Of a stretch of 64,000 nucleotides of DNA, positions 57,998 to 64,000 are shown one piece after another; the first letter of the stretch is position 1, and every line of letters begins with the position of its first letter. This stretch comes from TPA_inf: Saccharomyces (lineage: Eukaryota), in the NCBI GenBank assembly GCA_000146045.2, contig BK006934.2:448001-512000 (forward strand), written 5' to 3'. The translations under genes were made by a program, and so were the position numbers. Under the pieces are notes generated by a model. That model saw nothing but the letters and a program-made list of their open reading frames with translations, did no database searches and was not told where the DNA came from.

Positions 57998-58013
57998 TGA
58001 AATGTATGGATGC
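57998..58013 (-). promoter_or_regulatory. Rap1-like site (minus strand gcATCCATACATTtca, one mismatch to ACACCCATACATTT) about 470 bp upstream of the RPS4B ATG
   Basis: Read directly with one mismatch. Ribosomal-protein promoters typically carry Rap1 sites. This is inference only. Confidence 0.3.
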
Positions 58014-58318
58014 ATAATTGTCTCGAAAATAATTGTTTAAAGAGAATAACCATAAAACAGGCTGAAAAGCAAGCACTGCTCAATGTTAGTTTCACTGGCG
58101 ACTCTATCTCACCATGGTTACACTATTAGTACATTTGGTATAGACTGATAGGTTTCCGTTGTGCTTTAACGACGGGTAACGATTTATTTCTGGCGTGTTT
58201 CAGCGACTATTAATAATAAGCAATAAAGAAGGACGCGTTTTTGAATATGTATTAATGGGTCAAGAGTAACCATGATAATTTCATATTTCCATGGATTGGT
58301 TACATTCAGGGAAATAGA

Positions 58319-60709
58319 ATGGTTTGCTGCTTATGGGTGCTTCTAGCATTGTTGCTTCATCTCGATCATGTAGCATGCGAAGACGATGCGTACTCATTCA
58401 CTTCTAAAGAACTTAAGGCTTACAAGCAGGAAGTGAAGGAGCTGTTTTATTTCGGCTTCGACAATTATTTAGAGCATGGGTATCCATATGATGAGGTAAA
58501 ACCCATTTCATGCGTTCCTAAGAAGAGAAACTTTGAAGATCCTACTGATCAAGGCACCAACGATATATTGGGCAATTTTACAATCACTTTAATAGATTCT
58601 TTAACCACTATTGCTATACTGGAAGACCGGCCGCAGTTTTTGAAAGCTGTTCGACTTGTTGAAAGGACATTTCCTGATGGCAATTTCGATATTGATTCCA
58701 CAATACAAGTTTTTGAAATTACTATACGTGTTATCGGATCACTACTATCATCACATCTTTATGCTACGGATCCCACAAAGGCAGTGTATTTAGGGGACGA
58801 TTATGATGGCTCACTGTTACGTCTCGCCCAGAATATGGCAGATAGGCTCTTACCTGCATATTTAACGTCTACCGGATTACCTATGCCACGGAGAAACATC
58901 AAACGAAAATGGGATGTCTCTGAATTTCCAGAATTTTTGGAGACAGAGAATAATGTGGCCGCTATGGCGTCTCCCATGTTCGAATTCACTATTTTATCTT
59001 ACTTGACAGGCGATCCCAAGTATGAGAAAGTTACCAGATACGCATTTGATAAAACATGGTCTCTTAGAACTGGTTTGGATTTGCTACCCATGTCCTTTCA
59101 CCCCGAAAAACTAACACCATATACGCCCATGACTGGAATCGGCGCCTCCATCGACTCCCTTTTCGAATACGCTTTGAAAGGTGCTATTTTATTTGATGAT
59201 TCAGAATTAATGGAAGTTTGGAACGTAGCATACGAGGCATTAAAGACTAACTGTAAAAACGATTGGTTTTTTGCTAATGTAATGGCTGACACAGGGCATT
59301 TGTTTGTTCCCTGGATTGATTCTTTGAGTGCTTTTTTCTCCGGTTTACAGGTGCTTGCTGGTGATTTGGATGATGCCATAGCGAACCATTTAATGTTTTT
59401 AAAAATGTGGAACACCTTTGGCGGTATTCCTGAAAGGTGGAACTTTAGTCCTCCGGAGTTTCCCCCACTATCTCCATTAGAGCGATCGGGAGCTGTTGCT
59501 TTGGATAATATCCTCCCCTTAGAATGGTACCCATTAAGACCGGAATTTTTTGAGTCAACCTATTTCTTATATAGAGCTACAAAAGACCCGTTTTACTTAA
59601 ATATTGGGGTACATCTGCTAAAAGACCTCAAGCAACGATTTAAGTCTAACTGCGGATTTGCAGGTTTCCAAAATGTAATCACGGGCGAACTGCAAGATAG
59701 AATGGAAACATTTGTGTTGAGTGAAACTTTGAAATACCTGTATTTATTATTTGATGAAGAGAACGAATTACATAACAGCGCTAGTGACGTAATTTTCAGT
59801 ACAGAAGCCCATCCAATGTGGTTGCCCCAAGAAGTGAGGTCCAACTATAAACGTAACGCTAAATTTAACAACTCTGTCTACTCGTCGCACTTGGAAATTT
59901 GCCAGAAAAAGGACAGGGAACAAGCTGGAGAGAACACATTGAGCCAAAGAATTGTGGGGTTCGCCAAATCGATCTTTCATAAAGGTCCACCAGACGAAGA
60001 GGCTACTGATCCAATTATAGACTATACCATTGATACTGAACTTCCCGGTACATGCTCTATAAAGCCTCATCATGTAATTGGTGACGAATTTTGGTATTCT
60101 CCAATGTTGAGCAATTTTGACAGATTATTCGAGATTGACTCCCGGTTCGCTGCCACGCTAATTAAACCTTCACACATGCATAACTATAATGCAATTGAAC
60201 TAGAACCTGGATTTTATAACAGGTGGTCCAATCCGCAATTTAGCACGTGCCTGATCCCACCCACCACCGAAATTTTCGAACTACTATTCGACCTTCCTGG
60301 ATATCATCAGTTGAATCCATTAATGTTAGAAAACAAAACTATTACATTTGAAACCTTTGGAGGTAGGTCAAGGTTGAAGATCGAAAAATTGCAAATCTAC
60401 CAAATTGATTACTATGGAGACTTAATCACTGCATCGACATTCCAAGACGTCTCCCGCAAGGATATTTTCTCGAATGCATGCGATGCAGTGGCAAGCTTGT
60501 ATTCTCCCACTTATCTTTACAGAGTAGTAGCCATCAACGGACGCATATTGCCTCGCCATGGAAGTGTACAAATCAAGAAACATAGTCCTGTGCTCACTTC
60601 CAATGGCACAAGAGAGGAAGACGAATTCAAAATGGATGGCATCGGGATTAATGACCATTCCCAACTCATGTTAGAATGCACGCCCATCATCAACTTATTT
60701 ATTGTATGA
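58319..60709 (+). CDS. MNL1: ER alpha-1,2-mannosidase-like protein (GH47; ERAD lectin/mannosidase, alias HTM1), 796 aa
   Basis: The 796-aa protein has a signal peptide and GH47 family motifs. The position matches YHR204W. Confidence 0.88.
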   Translation: MVCCLWVLLALLLHLDHVACEDDAYSFTSKELKAYKQEVKELFYFGFDNYLEHGYPYDEVKPISCVPKKRNFEDPTDQGTNDILGNFTITLIDSLTTIAILEDRPQFLKAVRLVERTFPDGNFDIDSTIQVFEITIRVIGSLLSSHLYATDPTKAVYLGDDYDGSLLRLAQNMADRLLPAYLTSTGLPMPRRNIKRKWDVSEFPEFLETENNVAAMASPMFEFTILSYLTGDPKYEKVTRYAFDKTWSLRTGLDLLPMSFHPEKLTPYTPMTGIGASIDSLFEYALKGAILFDDSELMEVWNVAYEALKTNCKNDWFFANVMADTGHLFVPWIDSLSAFFSGLQVLAGDLDDAIANHLMFLKMWNTFGGIPERWNFSPPEFPPLSPLERSGAVALDNILPLEWYPLRPEFFESTYFLYRATKDPFYLNIGVHLLKDLKQRFKSNCGFAGFQNVITGELQDRMETFVLSETLKYLYLLFDEENELHNSASDVIFSTEAHPMWLPQEVRSNYKRNAKFNNSVYSSHLEICQKKDREQAGENTLSQRIVGFAKSIFHKGPPDEEATDPIIDYTIDTELPGTCSIKPHHVIGDEFWYSPMLSNFDRLFEIDSRFAATLIKPSHMHNYNAIELEPGFYNRWSNPQFSTCLIPPTTEIFELLFDLPGYHQLNPLMLENKTITFETFGGRSRLKIEKLQIYQIDYYGDLITASTFQDVSRKDIFSNACDAVASLYSPTYLYRVVAINGRILPRHGSVQIKKHSPVLTSNGTREEDEFKMDGIGINDHSQLMLECTPIINLFIV

Positions 60710-60800
60710 AATCACTCTTTTAGATAGACCTCTACAGCTTTTACATAATGGCACCAGTAATAAATGATGAACGATTTCGTTACCCTCGGTAAAACCGGCC

Positions 60801-60828
60801 AAAAAAAAAAAAAAAAAAAAAAAAAAAT
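60801..60828. repeat. Perfect poly(dA:dT) tract A28, 92 bp downstream of the MNL1 stop, in the SCH9 upstream region
   Basis: 28 consecutive A are read directly in the sequence. Confidence 0.95.
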
Positions 60829-61362
60829 GTTCTCAAAGTGTAAACTTAATCAAAAGCTTATTTGTTTGTTATCTGTTTCTCATCGGTTTCGTTTGTTGCT
60901 TAAAGGGTGGATCGGTCATTTACGATAACGGTTCTTTCTGCATATTCCGATCCTTAAAGGCTTACTTATTCACATTACGGGTCCAATATAACATAGATTG
61001 TTGTGCTCAGCTCATCCATTTCGCTGGTCGCTTATATTCTCTTTTTTGTTTTATTCTTTTCTTTCCTTCAAGGTTCTTTGCAACAGCACTGAAAATAGTT
61101 ACAAACAACTTTGCGCCAGTTCCCGCCTGCTTATTCTTTTTCCAGCTCTCTTCTACTTTATATACCCTTTTCGTGGTCCTTTTTCCTAATTTGCCCCTCT
61201 TCGCTTTTTATCGAAAATTTTACCCACTCTCACATAATCACCTAAGGGCATCTATTTAATAAGGTACAGTCAAAAATTTACTCTTTTGGCAACTGTTTAT
61301 AAGAAGAATAAGTCTGAGAATTATACTCGTATAAGCAAGAAATAAAGATACGAATATACAAT

Positions 61363-63837
61363 ATGATGAATTTTTTTACATCAAAATCGTCGAATCAGGA
61401 TACTGGATTTAGCTCTCAACACCAACATCCAAATGGACAGAACAATGGAAACAATAATAGCAGCACCGCTGGCAACGACAACGGATACCCATGTAAACTG
61501 GTGTCCAGTGGGCCCTGCGCTTCATCAAATAATGGTGCCCTTTTTACGAATTTTACTTTACAAACTGCAACGCCGACCACCGCTATTAGTCAGGACTTAT
61601 ATGCAATGGGCACAACAGGAATAACATCAGAAAATGCCCTTTTTCAAATGAAGTCAATGAATAATGGAATATCATCAGTTAATAATAACAACAGCAACAC
61701 CCCTACGATTATTACCACGTCACAGGAAGAAACTAATGCTGGAAATGTACATGGCGATACCGGTGGCAATTCTTTGCAAAATTCTGAAGATGACAACTTT
61801 TCTTCCAGTTCTACCACCAAATGCTTACTCTCTTCCACTTCTTCGCTATCAATAAATCAACGAGAAGCAGCAGCAGCTGCTTATGGTCCAGATACCGATA
61901 TTCCTAGGGGTAAACTAGAAGTTACAATAATAGAAGCACGTGACCTAGTCACTAGATCAAAGGATTCACAGCCTTATGTTGTTTGTACTTTTGAGAGTTC
62001 AGAGTTCATTTCTAATGGTCCTGAGTCACTAGGCGCCATTAATAATAACAACAATAACAACAACAATAATCAGCATAATCAAAACCAGCATATTAACAAC
62101 AACAACGAAAATACCAACCCTGACGCTGCTAGCCAGCATCATAATAATAACAGTGGTTGGAACGGTTCTCAGTTACCATCGATAAAAGAGCACTTGAAGA
62201 AAAAACCCCTTTATACACACAGATCATCTTCCCAATTAGATCAGCTAAACTCTTGCTCTTCAGTAACCGATCCGAGCAAACGTTCTTCTAATTCTTCGTC
62301 GGGTTCTTCAAATGGTCCAAAGAATGATAGTTCACATCCAATATGGCATCACAAGACAACGTTTGATGTTTTGGGATCTCACTCGGAATTAGATATTTCT
62401 GTTTATGATGCTGCCCACGACCATATGTTCTTAGGCCAAGTTAGACTGTATCCAATGATTCATAATTTAGCACATGCTTCCCAACACCAATGGCACAGTT
62501 TGAAACCTCGCGTTATTGATGAAGTTGTGTCCGGTGATATTTTAATCAAATGGACTTACAAACAGACAAAGAAAAGACATTATGGCCCACAAGATTTTGA
62601 AGTTCTTCGATTATTGGGTAAGGGTACTTTTGGCCAAGTCTACCAAGTTAAGAAGAAAGACACTCAAAGAATTTATGCAATGAAAGTTCTCTCCAAGAAA
62701 GTTATTGTCAAGAAAAATGAGATCGCCCACACAATTGGCGAAAGAAATATCCTAGTCACGACAGCGTCCAAATCGTCCCCATTCATTGTCGGATTGAAGT
62801 TTTCCTTTCAAACACCAACAGATCTGTATTTGGTCACTGATTATATGAGTGGTGGAGAATTATTCTGGCATTTACAAAAGGAGGGCCGTTTTTCGGAAGA
62901 CAGAGCGAAATTCTATATCGCTGAGTTAGTCCTAGCGTTAGAACATTTACACGATAACGATATCGTTTACAGGGACCTAAAGCCTGAAAACATTCTACTC
63001 GATGCCAACGGTAACATCGCTCTTTGCGATTTTGGTCTTTCTAAAGCTGACTTGAAGGATAGAACAAACACATTTTGCGGCACCACGGAATACCTGGCAC
63101 CAGAATTGTTACTGGACGAAACCGGCTACACCAAAATGGTCGATTTCTGGTCTCTAGGTGTTTTGATATTTGAAATGTGTTGTGGTTGGTCCCCTTTCTT
63201 TGCGGAAAATAATCAAAAAATGTACCAAAAAATTGCCTTTGGTAAAGTCAAATTCCCCAGAGACGTACTGTCACAAGAGGGGAGGTCTTTTGTAAAGGGT
63301 TTACTAAACAGAAACCCCAAACATAGACTCGGTGCCATTGATGATGGAAGAGAACTACGAGCTCATCCATTTTTCGCAGATATCGACTGGGAGGCCTTGA
63401 AGCAGAAAAAAATTCCACCACCTTTCAAACCTCACCTAGTCTCGGAGACGGATACCTCGAATTTTGACCCAGAGTTCACAACAGCTTCAACTTCATACAT
63501 GAACAAGCACCAGCCGATGATGACTGCTACCCCGCTATCTCCAGCCATGCAAGCAAAGTTTGCTGGTTTCACCTTTGTTGATGAGTCCGCCATCGATGAA
63601 CACGTTAATAACAACAGAAAATTCCTACAAAACTCGTACTTTATGGAACCTGGTTCCTTTATCCCGGGAAATCCAAACTTACCTCCAGACGAAGATGTCA
63701 TCGATGATGACGGGGACGAGGACATCAATGATGGATTCAACCAAGAGAAAAATATGAACAACAGCCATTCGCAGATGGACTTCGACGGCGACCAACACAT
63801 GGATGACGAATTTGTCAGTGGAAGATTCGAAATATGA
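61363..63837 (+). CDS. SCH9: AGC-family Ser/Thr protein kinase, TORC1 effector (S6K/Akt analog), 824 aa, with an N-terminal C2 domain and an Asn-rich tract
   Basis: The kinase core is GKGTFGQVYQV...HRDLKPENILLD...DFGLS, followed by an AGC C-terminal extension FAGFTFVDES. The 824-aa length and position match YHR205W. Confidence 0.95.
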   Translation: MMNFFTSKSSNQDTGFSSQHQHPNGQNNGNNNSSTAGNDNGYPCKLVSSGPCASSNNGALFTNFTLQTATPTTAISQDLYAMGTTGITSENALFQMKSMNNGISSVNNNNSNTPTIITTSQEETNAGNVHGDTGGNSLQNSEDDNFSSSSTTKCLLSSTSSLSINQREAAAAAYGPDTDIPRGKLEVTIIEARDLVTRSKDSQPYVVCTFESSEFISNGPESLGAINNNNNNNNNNQHNQNQHINNNNENTNPDAASQHHNNNSGWNGSQLPSIKEHLKKKPLYTHRSSSQLDQLNSCSSVTDPSKRSSNSSSGSSNGPKNDSSHPIWHHKTTFDVLGSHSELDISVYDAAHDHMFLGQVRLYPMIHNLAHASQHQWHSLKPRVIDEVVSGDILIKWTYKQTKKRHYGPQDFEVLRLLGKGTFGQVYQVKKKDTQRIYAMKVLSKKVIVKKNEIAHTIGERNILVTTASKSSPFIVGLKFSFQTPTDLYLVTDYMSGGELFWHLQKEGRFSEDRAKFYIAELVLALEHLHDNDIVYRDLKPENILLDANGNIALCDFGLSKADLKDRTNTFCGTTEYLAPELLLDETGYTKMVDFWSLGVLIFEMCCGWSPFFAENNQKMYQKIAFGKVKFPRDVLSQEGRSFVKGLLNRNPKHRLGAIDDGRELRAHPFFADIDWEALKQKKIPPPFKPHLVSETDTSNFDPEFTTASTSYMNKHQPMMTATPLSPAMQAKFAGFTFVDESAIDEHVNNNRKFLQNSYFMEPGSFIPGNPNLPPDEDVIDDDGDEDINDGFNQEKNMNNSHSQMDFDGDQHMDDEFVSGRFEI

Positions 63838-64000
63838 TTTCTCAATCGCTCCTCTTGCCCTTCCTCTTCTTTTCCTTTTCTTTTTATTTTTTTCTAATTT
63901 TTCTATCTTTTATTTCTACTTCTATTATTAATTTGTATCTTCTAATCGTTTTTCCCACTTTATCGAAACATTTCTTCTATTTATATATGTAAAGTATGTA

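Overview
This window is a gene-dense nuclear segment of Saccharomyces cerevisiae chromosome VIII, right arm, colinear with YHR172W (SPC97) through YHR205W (SCH9). I recognised it directly from the translated ORFs: ENO2, GND1, OYE2, ERG9, RPS4B, KOG1 and SCH9 are unmistakable. From the sequence I can support about 33 protein-coding genes, two of them spliced. NBL1 has a 67-nt intron and RPS4B a 269-nt intron after a 14-nt first exon. There are two intronless tRNA genes, Thr-UGU on the + strand and Val-CAC on the - strand. A Ty3-type sigma LTR sits 14 bp upstream of the tRNA-Thr gene, with a second, 5'-truncated sigma-like fragment in inverted orientation 2.4 kb away. Several simple repeats are present. 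Many entries in the six-frame track carry short N-terminal extensions because the track allows TTG starts; I trimmed these to the first ATG that gives the known protein length. I see no sign of a prokaryotic-style or otherwise undescribed system. This is an ordinary, well-annotated yeast housekeeping region. The observations worth a second look are the tRNA/LTR insertion hotspot flanking the dubious ORF YHR180W, and a GC-rich island in the GND1 promoter carrying two copies of CGGTGTTA, which fits the Stb5 zinc-cluster consensus (the STB5 gene lies 9 kb away in the same window). The others are a Yap-type TTACGTAA site plus a 13-bp tandem repeat in the OYE2 promoter, the tandem paralogs AIM18 and AIM46, the unusually large intergenic regions around the WOPR-family gene YHR177W, and a perfect A28 tract upstream of SCH9. 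All product names come from my memory of yeast proteins; none was checked against a database.
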